From: an uncultured Actinomycetes bacterium
GTDB lineage: Bacteria > Actinomycetota > Thermoleophilia > Gaiellales > Gaiellaceae
Assembly: GCA_963846825.1 (NCBI GenBank)
Contig: CAWJXN010000006.1
Coordinates: forward strand, 5,642 to 69,641
DNA length: 64,000 nucleotides
Direction of reading: 5' to 3'
Shown: positions 31,890-42,264 of the stretch, piece after piece
Layout of the letters: the number at the start of each line of letters is the position of its first letter
How positions within the stretch are numbered: position 1 is the stretch's first letter
The notes under the pieces: generated by a model
Database searches by the model: none
The model's input: only the letters and a program-made list of their open reading frames with translations
What the model was told of the DNA's origin: nothing
Made by a program: the position numbers and the translations under genes

Positions 31890-33047
31890 GTGAGGATCAC
31901 GAGCGTCACCACGACCGCTGTTCGGACCTCCATGCGCGAGCCGCTGACCTGGCCGGGCGGCGTTCGCCAGTCCGCCTCGGGCCTCGTCGTCGAGGTGCAC
32001 ACGGACGAGGGTATCTCGGGTGTCGGCGAAGCCCCCGGCCCGACCCTCCCGACGATCCAGACGGTGATCGAGCAGGAGCTGGCCCAGTTCCTCGTGGGCC
32101 AGGACCCGCTTCGGACCGAATGGCTCACGCACCGGATGGAGGAGTTCTCGCGCAACTGGAGCGGGATCGCCGCATACGCGATCTCGGGGCTCGAGATCGC
32201 GCTCCTCGACCTCAAGGGAAAGGCGCTCGGCGTCCCGGTCGCCGAGCTTCTCGGGGGCTTCTGCTCGGACCGGGTCCCCGTCGTGGGCTACCTCTTCATC
32301 GACGAGCCGGAGGCGAACGCGCGGAAGGCGAAGGCATTCGTCGATGCGGGCTACAGCGAGTTGAAGCTGAAGGTCGGGCGCGACTTCGGTCAGGACCACG
32401 ACAGCATTGCCGCGATCCGCGAAGCGGTCGGGCCGGACGTGAAGCTGCGGATCGACGCGAACATGATCTGGAGCGTCCCGGCCGCGATCAAATGGATTCG
32501 CGGCCTGGAGCAGTTCGACCTCCAGTACGTCGAGCAGCCGGTTCCCGACTTCGACGTCGCCGGCCTGGCGCAGGTGCGGCGGTCGGTCTCGGTGCCGATC
32601 GCGGCCGACGAGGCGTGCACCGACGTGCGGTCGGCGCTCGAGCTCGTCAAGCAGGACGCCTGCGACGTCTTCGTCGTCTACCCCTCGGAGGCAGGCGGCC
32701 TGACGCGGGCCCGCCAGATCGCCGCGATCGCCGAGGCCGCCGGCAAGTGGTGCGCGATCGGCAGCTGGGCGGAGCTCGGGCCGGCGACGGTCGCCAACGC
32801 CCATCTCGTTGCCGCCACGACGACGTTCGCCTTCGCGAGCGACACGCACTACCCGCTGCAGCTCGAGGACGTGCTCACGGAGCCGCTCGACCTGTCCGAC
32901 GGGCTGCTCGCGGTGCCGCGGACACCGGGGCTCGGCGTCGAGCTCGACCGTGAAGCGATGATGAAGCTCGCCAACCATCAGGTGCGCGAGTCCGTCTTCT
33001 ATGACGACATCCATGGAGAGGCACCGAGGGTCGGTCAGATCCTCTGA
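31890..33047 (+). CDS. Enolase superfamily enzyme (MLE/mandelate racemase-like) #1
   Basis: HTDEGISGVGE, EIALLDLKGK, KLKVG, metal ligands IDAN / VEQP / AADE, and PGLGVE. Confidence 0.9.
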   Translation: MRITSVTTTAVRTSMREPLTWPGGVRQSASGLVVEVHTDEGISGVGEAPGPTLPTIQTVIEQELAQFLVGQDPLRTEWLTHRMEEFSRNWSGIAAYAISGLEIALLDLKGKALGVPVAELLGGFCSDRVPVVGYLFIDEPEANARKAKAFVDAGYSELKLKVGRDFGQDHDSIAAIREAVGPDVKLRIDANMIWSVPAAIKWIRGLEQFDLQYVEQPVPDFDVAGLAQVRRSVSVPIAADEACTDVRSALELVKQDACDVFVVYPSEAGGLTRARQIAAIAEAAGKWCAIGSWAELGPATVANAHLVAATTTFAFASDTHYPLQLEDVLTEPLDLSDGLLAVPRTPGLGVELDREAMMKLANHQVRESVFYDDIHGEAPRVGQIL

Positions 33048-33070
33048 CGACCGCAGGGAAGGAGGGACAC

Positions 33071-34696
33071 GTGTCAGACACTCCGACAACGGACACCCCG
33101 ACCGGAGGAAGCGAGCTCAGTCGCCGCGACCTGCTCGTGAAGGCCGGTGTGGTCGGTGCCGGCGCCGTCGCGGCCGGCTCGATCGCGGGCAAGGCGACTG
33201 CTGCTCCCAAGCGGATCGGCGCAACGCCGAAGAAGGGCGGGAAGATCACCTTCGCGCTCGAGCAGGACCCCGTGCACATCGCGCCGTTCGGCCCGATCCT
33301 CACCGCGAACCACTGGGGCAAGGAGCCGATGTACGAGTCCCTCGTCGAGTGGGACGCGAAGCTCAACATACGCCCGGCGCTCGCGGAGAGCTGGAAGGTC
33401 GTCAACCCCCGGACGGTCGACTTCACGCTCCGCCGGGGCGTGCGCTTCCACAACGGCAAGGAGGTCACGGCCGCCGACGTGAAGTACTCGGTCGAGGGCT
33501 GGCTCGCCCCGCCGCTGCCGGGAGCGGCGACGACGGTCAACCAGATCCCGTCGATCACCTCCGCCGAGGTGCGGAGCAAGTACGTCGTCCGGCTCAACCT
33601 GGCGAAGCCCGATGCACGGCTGTTCGGGGTCCTCGCGTGGACGCGCTACACGTCGATCGTGCCGGAAGGCATGTACCAGCAGGTGAGCGCCGGGCGCGAG
33701 GGGATCGGCACCGGGCCGTTCCGCCTCGTCAGCTTCACGCCGGGGCAGGGGACCGAGTACGTCGCGTACGGCAATTACCGCAAGAAGGGCCTGCCGTATC
33801 TGAACCAGCTCTCGCTGCCGACGATGCCGGACGAGCAGGCGCGGATCGCCGCACTCAGGGCGGGTGCGATCGACGGCGCAACGCTGTCGGCCGACGGAGC
33901 GAGGTCGTTCCAGGGCAACAGCAACTTCGTCGTCCTCCGCGGTCTCACTGCTGCCTTCCGGGAGCTGCAAATGACGCAGAAGCTCGGCGAGGACAAGCCG
34001 TGGCACAACGTGAAGGTGCGTCAGGCGGTCAACCATGCGATCAACCGGCAGGAGATCCTGACCCGCGTCTACAACGGCTTCGGTGAGTACTCCGGGCACG
34101 TGCCGCCGGGCTACGGCCCGTGGCCGCTCTCCCGGGCCGACCTCCGGAACAACTACCTCAAGTTCGATCTCGCGAAGGCTCGGCGACTGATGCGCGAGGC
34201 CGGCTTCGCGAACGGCTTCGAGGTGACGATGTCCACGTTCTCGACACCGCTCGACTTCGGTCAGGTGGCGGCGGTGATCAAGGCGCAGCTCGATCGGATC
34301 GGCATCGAGGTGAACATCAAGGCCGAGGAGCCGGGCACGTTCGCCGCGAACAACGGCGCAGGCCGCTTCGAGTGGGATCTGACGGCACGCGGGATGCGTG
34401 GCGACGTCGATGGCTACATGTCGGAGTTCAACCCGGCGAACGCCATCTACCGGGCCTGGTACCCGGCGTACAAGAACGTCAAGATGTGGCGTCTCGTCGG
34501 CAACGGGTTCATCACGTTGGATCAGACGAAGCGCCTCGCGATGTACAAGGAGCTGCAGCGCATCCTGCTCACCGAGCAGCTGCAGTCACCGCTCGTGGCG
34601 GTGACCAAGTTCCAGGTCGTGCGCAAGCGCGTCAAGAACATGTACGTCGCGTTCAGCGACTTCAACACCGGTCTGAAGACCGCGTGGGTGGAGTGA
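33071..34696 (+). CDS. ABC transporter substrate-binding protein, family 5, with Tat signal
   Basis: SRRDLL twin-arginine signal, YESLV, PALAESW, FTLRRGVRFHNG, GTGPF and KVRQAVNHAINR; GGAGG RBS. Confidence 0.93.
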   Translation: MSDTPTTDTPTGGSELSRRDLLVKAGVVGAGAVAAGSIAGKATAAPKRIGATPKKGGKITFALEQDPVHIAPFGPILTANHWGKEPMYESLVEWDAKLNIRPALAESWKVVNPRTVDFTLRRGVRFHNGKEVTAADVKYSVEGWLAPPLPGAATTVNQIPSITSAEVRSKYVVRLNLAKPDARLFGVLAWTRYTSIVPEGMYQQVSAGREGIGTGPFRLVSFTPGQGTEYVAYGNYRKKGLPYLNQLSLPTMPDEQARIAALRAGAIDGATLSADGARSFQGNSNFVVLRGLTAAFRELQMTQKLGEDKPWHNVKVRQAVNHAINRQEILTRVYNGFGEYSGHVPPGYGPWPLSRADLRNNYLKFDLAKARRLMREAGFANGFEVTMSTFSTPLDFGQVAAVIKAQLDRIGIEVNIKAEEPGTFAANNGAGRFEWDLTARGMRGDVDGYMSEFNPANAIYRAWYPAYKNVKMWRLVGNGFITLDQTKRLAMYKELQRILLTEQLQSPLVAVTKFQVVRKRVKNMYVAFSDFNTGLKTAWVE

Positions 34697-34720
34697 CGCT
34701 GATCGTCCAAACGCACAACG

Positions 34721-34746
34721 GGGGGCCCTGCGCAAGCGGGGCCCCC
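34721..34746 (+). terminator. GC-rich stem-loop after the SBP gene (mRNA stabiliser or weak terminator)
   Basis: GGGGGCCCTGC-GCAA-GCGGGGCCCCC: 11-bp stem with GNRA tetraloop and no U-tract. Confidence 0.6.
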
Positions 34747-34753
34747 TCGCAAT

Positions 34754-34842
34754 GGGGACTGGCACCGCAGGTGCCTGTCCCCCGCGGCGCGTTCGACTCG
34801 ACGGAGCCTCGCGGGGGTCAGACCCCTTCGGGGTCAGACCCC
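34754..34842. repeat. Composite REP/BIME-like palindromic repeat, copy 2
   Basis: GGGGACTGGCACC-GCA-GGTGCCTGTCCCC hairpin followed by GGGGTCAGACCCC-TTC-GGGGTCAGACCCC; inverted copy of 4017-4096. Confidence 0.85.
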
Positions 34843-34849
34843 TAGCCCC

Positions 34850-35800
34850 GTGCTCGGATTCATCGGTCGGCGCTTCCTGCTCATGATCCCGACGGTGATC
34901 GGGATCTCGATCATCATCTTCCTGATGGTTCGCCTGATGCCGGGCGACATCGTCGATGTGCTGCTGGGCGGCGACGCGATCGCCACCGAGGAGCAGAAGG
35001 AGCAGGCGCGCGAGCAGCTCGGGCTCACCGGCTCGTATCCGGAGCAGTACTGGCGGTGGGCCAGCGGCGTGAGCACCGGCGACTTCGGCGACTCGTACCG
35101 CAACGCCGAGCCGGTGTCCGACATCCTGCAGCGAGCGATCCCGATCACGCTCGAGCTGATGATCCTCGCGCTCCTGATCGCGACGCTGATCGGGGTCCCG
35201 CTCGGCGTGATCTCCGCCGTGCGGCGTGACTCCGCGAGCGACTATGCGTCCCGGGTCGGTGGGCTGATCGGCATCAGCATCCCGAGCTTCTGGCTCGCGA
35301 CGCTGCTCCTGATCTTCACGTCACGGGTCTTCGGCTGGGTGCCGCCCATCACGTATGTGCCGTTCTTCGACGACCCGCTGGCGAATCTGAGCCAGTTCAT
35401 CCTGCCGGCGATCTCGATCTCGGTCTTCACGCTGGCGATCGTGATGCGGATGGTGCGCGCCACGATGCTCGAGGTCCTGAGCCAGGACTACGTGCGCACC
35501 GCCCGCGCCAAGGGCACTCAGCACCGTGCCGTCGTCTACCGTCACGCGCTCCGGAACGCGCTGATCCCGGTGGTCACGATCATCGGCTTCGAGATCGGCA
35601 TCCTGATGGGCGGCGCAGCCATCGTGGAGATCATCTTCGGGCTCCCGGGCGTCGGCTACGTGCTCCTGCAGGCGATCTTCAACCGCGACTACCCGGTCGT
35701 GCAGGGCGCCACGCTTCTCATCGCGGTCATCTTCGTCGTCGCCAACACGCTCGTCGACATCGTCTACGGGTGGCTCGACCCCAGGATCACGCACGGATGA
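34850..35800 (+). CDS. Peptide ABC transporter permease (DppB/OppB-like)
   Basis: RLMPGD, GDFGDS, SIPSFW, DYVRTARAKG, HALRNALIP and RDYPVVQG. Confidence 0.95.
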   Translation: MLGFIGRRFLLMIPTVIGISIIIFLMVRLMPGDIVDVLLGGDAIATEEQKEQAREQLGLTGSYPEQYWRWASGVSTGDFGDSYRNAEPVSDILQRAIPITLELMILALLIATLIGVPLGVISAVRRDSASDYASRVGGLIGISIPSFWLATLLLIFTSRVFGWVPPITYVPFFDDPLANLSQFILPAISISVFTLAIVMRMVRATMLEVLSQDYVRTARAKGTQHRAVVYRHALRNALIPVVTIIGFEIGILMGGAAIVEIIFGLPGVGYVLLQAIFNRDYPVVQGATLLIAVIFVVANTLVDIVYGWLDPRITHG

Positions 35801-36740
35801 GTCCCGAGCCCCGTACCGAACCGCCGCTCCTCGCCGCCGAGGCGGTCGCCGACGCCTACGGGCACTGGAGCGCGATGCCACGCCAGCGGCTCTCGTTCCT
35901 CGGGAAGTGGCGCAACCCGATCGGCCTCGATCGGCGCCGCGATCGTCGGCTTCAACCTGTTCGTCGCGGTCTTCGGCAAGTACATCTGGACGATCGATCC
36001 CGACGCGCAGGACTCCGAGCGCCTGCTGGCGCCGACCTGGGCCCATCCGATGGGTACCGACGAGCTCGGGCGCGACGAGCTGGCGCGGATCATCCACGGC
36101 GCGCAGGTGTCGCTCCAGGTCGGGATCACCGCGGTCGGGATCGCCCTCGTGGTCGGGACCTCGCTCGGGCTGCATCGCGGGCTTCTACAAGGGGTGGGCG
36201 GACAGCATCCTGATGCGCCTCGTCGACCTCATGTTCGCGCTCCCCGGCCTCGTGCTGGCGATCGTGATCGCCGGCCTCCTCGGGCCGAGCAGGCGCAACG
36301 CGATGATCGCGATCGGGGTCGTCATCACGCCGGCGTTCGCCCGCGTCGTTCGCGGCGCGGTGCTCGAGGTGATGGGGTTCCCGTACATCGAGTCGACGCG
36401 CGCGCTCGGGTCGTCGGGACGTCGGATCATGACGCGGCACCTCCTGCCGAACATCGTCGCGCCGCTGACCGTGCTGGTGACGGTGTACCTCGGAACGGCG
36501 ATCCTCGCCGAGGCGGCGCTCAGCTTCCTCGGCCTCGGCACCCAGCCGCCCGAGGCCTCGTGGGGCGGGATGCTGAACACCGCGCGCTCGTACATCGACC
36601 TCGCGTGGTGGCTCTCGGTGTTCCCGGGCGCCGCGATCATGCTCGTCGTCCTCGGCTTCAACTTCCTCGGCGACGGCCTCCGCGACATCCTCGACCCGCG
36701 GCTCGGTCCCAGCGTGGGCAGCCTTCCCGAGAAGAAGTAG
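35797..36740 (+). CDS. Peptide ABC transporter permease (DppC/OppC-like); frameshifted
   Basis: HPMGTDELGRD, RHLLPNI, EAALSFLGLG, SWGGML and FNFLGDGLRDILDP. Confidence 0.93.
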
Positions 36741-36746
36741 CCGGTC

Positions 36747-38363
36747 GTGCCCGACGTCCTGATCCGCGGCGGGTGGGTCGCCGACGGCACCGGCAGCCCG
36801 CCGTTCCTCGGTGACGTCGCCGTCGAGGACGGGCGCATCGCGGAGGTCGGCCGGTTGGCGCCCGAGGAGACCGCGGCACGCGTGATCGACGCGACCGGGA
36901 AGGTCGTCTGCCCCGGCTTCGTCGACCCGCACAGCCACTCGCGACTTCTCGCTCCTCGCGAACCCCACCGCCGAGAGCACGATCCGGCAGGGCGTCACGA
37001 CGGAGGTGGTCGGCAACTGCGGCTGGAGCTACGCGCCGGTCACCGACCACTCGCGCGAGTTCATGAGCGCGAGGCTGCACACGTTCGGCTACGACGGGCC
37101 GACGATCCCGTGGTCCTCGTTCGGCGAGCACCTCGAGTTCCTCTCCGGCGTCGGCCACTCACCGAACCTCGCCTGGTTCGTCGGCCACAACGCGATCCGG
37201 CTCGCGGCGGGCGTGTCCGGCCCGCGATCCGAGCGAGGAGCAGGTCGGCGTCGATGGACCGGTTCATGCGCGAGGCGATGGACGCCGGCGCGCTCGGCAT
37301 GTCGACCGGGCTCGAGTTCAACCCCGGGCGCGAGGCGAGGATCGAGGAGCTCGAAGCGGCTGAACGCGATCGCGGGCGAGTTCGACGGCATCTACACGAG
37401 CCACGTCCGGAACCGCGACTCCGGCATCCTCGACGCGATCGCCGAGTTCCTCGAGGTGGCCCGCGCAGGCGGTCTCCGGGCGGAGATCTCGCACCTGAAC
37501 GTCCGCCACAACACGAACGCGCCGGAGCGCGGCTGGGAGCGGGCGGTCGAGATGATGGCCGCGGCGCGCGAGGAGGGACTGGACGTCCTCGCGGACACGA
37601 CGCCGTTCCTCGACGGCCTCGGCTCGCTGGCCGGGATCCTCCCGCCGTGGGTGTCGGCCGACGGCACGGACGCCGCGCTCGCGCGCCTGCGCGACCCCGA
37701 GACGCGCGTGCGCCTGCGAACCGAGTGCGACCGCTACTGGCGGTTCATCCACAAGGGGGAGTGGGACCGCGTCCGGCTGCAGACGAGCGCGCAGCACCCC
37801 GACTGGGACGGGCTCACCTTCGCCGAGATCTCGGACCTGACCCGGCAGCGACCCGTGGGACTGCTACTTCGACGTGCTCGTCGGACGCGGGCGATGCCTA
37901 CGAGAGCATCATCGTCGTCGGGCGTCTCTTCACCGACGAGCACATGGCGGAGATGATCTCGCACCCGCTCTTCTGCCTCGGCGTCGACACCTTCACCGTC
38001 ACCGAGCAGGGGCCGCTCGCGGACGCGCTGCGCCACCCGCTCGGGTACTCGGGCCACATCCACTACCTCACCCACCACGTGCGCGCGAACGGCACGCTGC
38101 GGCTGGAGGAGGCGATCCGGAAGATGACGAGCATGCCGGCCGCGCATTTCGGCCTGTGGGACCGCGGGCTGCTCCGGGCGGGCTACGCGGCCGATGTCGT
38201 CGTCTTCGACTTCGACTCGCTCGACGAGGTCTCGACGATCGACGACCCGCACCACTACGCGCGCGGCGTCGAGCACGTGCTCGTCAACGGCGTGCCGGTC
38301 GTCGACGGCGGCGAGCACACGGGCGCGCGGCCCGGGCGGCACCTGCCTGCGGGCGTGACGTGA
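36747..38363 (+). CDS. N-acyl-D-amino-acid deacylase-like amidohydrolase #2; frameshifted
   Basis: [56 protein letters not shown] and VLVNG. Confidence 0.9.
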   Translation: MPDVLIRGGWVADGTGSPPFLGDVAVEDGRIAEVGRLAPEETAARVIDATGKVVCPGFVDPHSHSRLLAPREPHRREHDPAGRHDGGGRQLRLELRAGHRPLARVHEREAAHVRLRRADDPVVLVRRAPRVPLRRRPLTEPRLVRRPQRDPARGGRVRPAIRARSRSASMDRFMREAMDAGALGMSTGLEFNPGREARIEELEAAERDRGRVRRHLHEPRPEPRLRHPRRDRRVPRGGPRRRSPGGDLAPERPPQHERAGARLGAGGRDDGRGARGGTGRPRGHDAVPRRPRLAGRDPPAVGVGRRHGRRARAPARPRDARAPANRVRPLLAVHPQGGVGPRPAADERAAPRLGRAHLRRDLGPDPAATRGTATSTCSSDAGDAYESIIVVGRLFTDEHMAEMISHPLFCLGVDTFTVTEQGPLADALRHPLGYSGHIHYLTHHVRANGTLRLEEAIRKMTSMPAAHFGLWDRGLLRAGYAADVVVFDFDSLDEVSTIDDPHHYARGVEHVLVNGVPVVDGGEHTGARPGRHLPAGVT

Positions 38364-39451
38364 TGATCGACCTCCGCTCGGACCTGTGCACGGTCCCGAC
38401 CGCGGAGATGTGGGAGGCGATGCGCGCCGCCGAGCTCGGCTGGGCGACGGTCGGCGAGGACGCCTCGGTGAACGAGCTCTGCGCGCGGGTCGCGGAGCTG
38501 CTCGGCAAGCCCGCCGGGCTCTGGGTCCCGACGTGCGGGATGGCGAACCTCGTCGCGCTGCTCACCTTCTGCGAGCGCGGCGACGCCGTCGTCCTCGAGT
38601 CCAGCTCGCACATCCTCACCTCCGAGGCGATGGGGATCATCGAGATCGCGGGGCTCGAGCCCCGGTCGCTCGTGGGCCGCCGACGGCCGGATGGACCCGA
38701 CGGACGTCGACGGCCTGTCGCGCGAGTCGGGCGCGATCCTGCTCGTCCTCGAGAACACCCACACGCGGGCGGGGGGCACGGTGCTCTCCGTCGAGGAGAC
38801 CGAGGGCGCTCGCGGACGCGGCGAGGCGCCACGACTGCCGGGTGCACATCGACGGCGCCCGGCTCGTCAACGCCGCCGTCGCGCTCGACGTGCCGCTCGC
38901 GGCGCTCGCCGCGCCCGCCAACTCCGTCGCGTTCTCGCTCAACAAGGGGCTCTCCGCGCCGATGGGCACCGTTCTCGCCGGGAGCGAGGCGGTCGTCGAC
39001 GCGGGCGCGCACGATGCTCCACCGCCTCGGCGGCTCGACGATGCACAAGGCCGGGATCGCGGCCGCGGCGGGTCTCGTCGCCCTCGACACGATGCTCGAC
39101 CGGATCGGGGACGACCACCGGCGCGCCCGCGATCTCGCCGAGCGGCTCGCGGCGATCCCGGCGCTCCGTCTCGACCCGGAGGAGGTCGAGACGAACATCG
39201 TCCTCGTCGACGTCGGCGGCACGCGGCTCGCGTCGTACGACCTCCTGCCGCTGCTCGAGGCCGAGGCGTGCGCGGCGATGGAGCGCGACGCCGCGCGCGT
39301 TCGCTTCGTGACGCACCGCCTGATCTCCGACGAGGACGTGGAGACCGCGGCAGCGGTGGTCGCGGACGTCGTCGAGCGCCACGCCGTGCCGCCCGCCGAG
39401 CTCCCCGAGATCGAGGGGCTCGAGGAGCTCGGCGACCCCGGGGACGTCTAG
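38363..39451 (+). CDS. Threonine aldolase family PLP enzyme (divergent); frameshifted
   Basis: MIDLRSD, ENTHTRAGG, HIDGARL, SLNKGLSAPMG, ETNIV and RFVTH. Confidence 0.85.
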   Translation: MIDLRSDLCTVPTAEMWEAMRAAELGWATVGEDASVNELCARVAELLGKPAGLWVPTCGMANLVALLTFCERGDAVVLESSSHILTSEAMGIIEIAGLEPRSLVGRRRPDGPDGRRRPVARVGRDPARPREHPHAGGGHGALRRGDRGRSRTRRGATTAGCTSTAPGSSTPPSRSTCRSRRSPRPPTPSRSRSTRGSPRRWAPFSPGARRSSTRARTMLHRLGGSTMHKAGIAAAAGLVALDTMLDRIGDDHRRARDLAERLAAIPALRLDPEEVETNIVLVDVGGTRLASYDLLPLLEAEACAAMERDAARVRFVTHRLISDEDVETAAAVVADVVERHAVPPAELPEIEGLEELGDPGDV

Positions 39452-39925
39452 ACGTCCATCCCGAGGAGCTCGAGGCTCGGCCGGTGGATGATCGCCTCGA
39501 CCACGTCGGGATCGACGACGGGGAGGTTCGGCCCGAACGCGTCGCCGGTGATCGACCGGAGCCCTTCGATCGTCTCGCGGGCGGTGAAGAACGGAAAGTC
39601 GGTGCCGAAGAGGAGCTTGTGGTCGACGCCGTACTCGACCGCCTGCACGAGCGCGTTGTAGAGCAGCCAGCGTCGCGAGACGAGCGCCGACACGTCGGCG
39701 TAGACGTGCGGGTGGCGGCGGACCACCGCGATCGCCTCCTCGAACCACGGATGCCCCATGTGCGCGATCACGATCCGCAGCTCGGGAAAGCGCAGAGCGA
39801 TCTCGTCGAGCAGGATCGGTCTGGCGGAGAGAAGCGATCCCGAGCGCGCGAATGTCGTCCCCTGGTGGATCAGGAGCGGCAGCTCGAGCCGCTCGAGCGC
39901 CTCGCAGACACGGAGGAAGCGCCTG
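39448..39925 (-). pseudogene. Amidohydrolase_2 family protein, C-terminal half only
   Basis: LPLLIHQG, RFPELRIVIAHMGHPW, VYADVS and KLLFGTDFP are present. The N-terminal HxH half is absent, and the sequence abuts the MFS C-terminus. Confidence 0.7.
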
Positions 39926-41181
39926 CCTGACGTCGAACGAGAGCCCCCGCCTCCACCGACCGAGGGCGCCCCGGGCGGCGACGAGCATCCCGGCCCCGGC
40001 CACGACCACGGCGACGGCTCCCGCAAAGGAGAACGCGAGCCGCGTCCCGCCCTTCGCGACGAGGAAGCCTGCGATCAGCCCGCCGAGCGGCGCGCCGCCC
40101 TGGAAGGCGAAGAAGTACAGGCTCGCGGCGCGGCCGCGCAGGTGCTCGGGCGCCGCGAGCTGGAGCGTCGCGAGCGCGGAGGAGCCCCAGAGGACGTAGA
40201 ACGACCCCGATCACGAAGAGGAGCGCGCACACGACCGCCAGCGAGTCCTGCGGCGCCAGCGCCAGCTGGAAGGCGCCGAAGCCGGCGGCGCCGCCGAGCA
40301 CGAGGAGAAGCCGCGCGCGACCAACGGTCGCGAGTATCAGCGCGCCGCACAGGGCGCCGGCGCCGAACACCGAGGCGATGAGCCCGAAGACCTCGGCCCC
40401 CTCGTCCAGGGTCCGGCTCGCGAGGAGGGGCAGCAACACGTCGAAGTTGAACGAGAACGTGCTCACGAGGAGGACGGCGAGGAACGCGATCGTCACGCGG
40501 CTGCGACGCGAACGCGAAGCGGAACGTCTCGGCGACGCCGGAGAGGATGGACGTGCCCGCGCCTGCCCGGCTCGGCCGCGGGCGTGATCCGCATCGCAGC
40601 GATCGCGCCGATCACGACGCGTAGCTCACGGCGTTCGCCGCGAACGCGAAGCCCGCGCCGGCGGTCGCGACGACGATGCCGCCGAGCGCGGGGCCGATGA
40701 TTCGCGCCGTCGTGCCGAGCCCCGAGCTGAGGCCGACCGCGTTCGGCAGGTCGTCCCGGCCGACGATCCGGAAGACGAGCGTGTGGCGCGCGGGCGCGTC
40801 GAGCGCGAGCGCGATGCCCTGCGACGAAGCCGAGGGCGTACAGCTGCCATGCCTCGATCAGCCGGTCAGCGCGAGCACCGCCAGCACCGCGGCGATCAGC
40901 ATCGAGCACGGTCTCGCAGGCGATCACCATCCGGCGAAGGTCGACCCGGTCGGCGATCGCGCCGCCGACGAGGGCAAAGCGCCGTCATCGGCAGCGTCTG
41001 GACGAGCGCGAGCGCCCCGACGGCGACAGGCGAGCCCGTCAGCTCGAGGACGAGCCAGTACGCAGCGATCTGCTGCATCCACGTGCCGATGAACGAGACG
41101 GCGCTGCCCGGCGAAGTAGAGGCGGTAGTCGCGGTGCCGCAGGCTCGCGAACGTCCGTCCGCCGAGCCGCGCGAGCATCAC
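39926..41181 (-). CDS. MFS transporter #2 (MFS_3/EntS-like); several frameshifts, 3' end unclear
   Basis: FASLRHRDYRLYFAGQ, GTWMQQIAAYWLVLELTGSP, ADRVD, ARIIGPALGG and PEHLRGR. Confidence 0.82.
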
Positions 41182-41193
41182 CGAAGGGCCACG

Positions 41194-42232
41194 TCAGAGC
41201 AGCTCGACGCGGTCGATCGGCTGACCGAGCACGAAGACGCAGTCGCCCTGCTCGGTCACGGGGATCGCCTTCGTCACGGCGACGACGCCGTCGAGCGGCG
41301 CCTCGATCTCGATCGGCGGCCGGTCGGGCCGGTCGATGAACCACAGCCGCCCCACCGGCTGCCCCGCGGCGACCGGGTCGCCCGGCTCGAGGAGCGCCTC
41401 GAAGAGGCCGTCCTCGGGCGAGAGCACGATGTTCGCCGGGTCGCGCCCGTCGAGGATGACGGCGGGCGGGAGGCCCAGCGACGCGCGCGTCTCGACCTCG
41501 CCCTCGAGCGACACCGACGTGGCGGAGGACGTTCGTGAGCCCGCTCCACGCGAGCCGGTGCACGGGTGCCGGGACACGGCCGCCGCCCCCGAGCTCGGTG
41601 GTGATCACGAGCTTTCCCTGGCTCTCGGCCTCGACGGGGAGCAGTCCGGTGCCGTTGACGTCGATGTAGAGGTAGTGCCAGTCCGAGTTCCAGGCCTCCA
41701 TGCCCTCGAGCATCGCCCTGCGCTGGACGGGGTCGTCGACGACGTGCATGTGCGAGCACGGGAGGAACCAGGCGCTCCGGCCGCCGGAGTGCATGTCGAT
41801 GACGACGTCGGCCAGCGGGAAGAGCACGCGCGTCAGGTAGTCGGCGAGCTGCTCGTTCGGCGGCCCGTCGGGGCGCCCGGGGAACGAGCGGTTGAAGTTC
41901 GCGCCCGACGGCCAGCTCCGCGTGTTCGCCTTGGACGCCTCGACCGAGAGCACCGGGATCACGATGACCCGGCCCGAGACCCGCTCCGGCTGGAGCCACT
42001 GCAGGAGCCGCATCGCCGCGACCTGGCCCTCGTACTCGTCGCCGTGGTTGCCGGCGAGCACGAGGACCGTCGGCCCGTCGCCGTTCGCAACCTGGCCGAT
42101 GTGGACGAACGTGCTCGCCCAGCCGGCGGTGTTGTTGATCTTCGCGAGGGAGAGGTGGCCGACCTGCTTGCGCCCCGGATCGCCGCGCGAGAGTCGATCG
42201 TGCAGCATCGACCGGGCGAGTCGCGGACTCAT
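41194..42232 (-). CDS. Succinylglutamate desuccinylase/aspartoacylase family (DoeB/EutE-like) #1; frameshifted
   Basis: AGNHGDEYEG, NFNRSFPG, DMHSGG and TTELGGGG, plus a C-terminal biotinyl-like domain. Confidence 0.88.
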
Positions 42233-42264
42233 CCGTCACGCGCGGGCGTCCAGAGACAGCGCGG

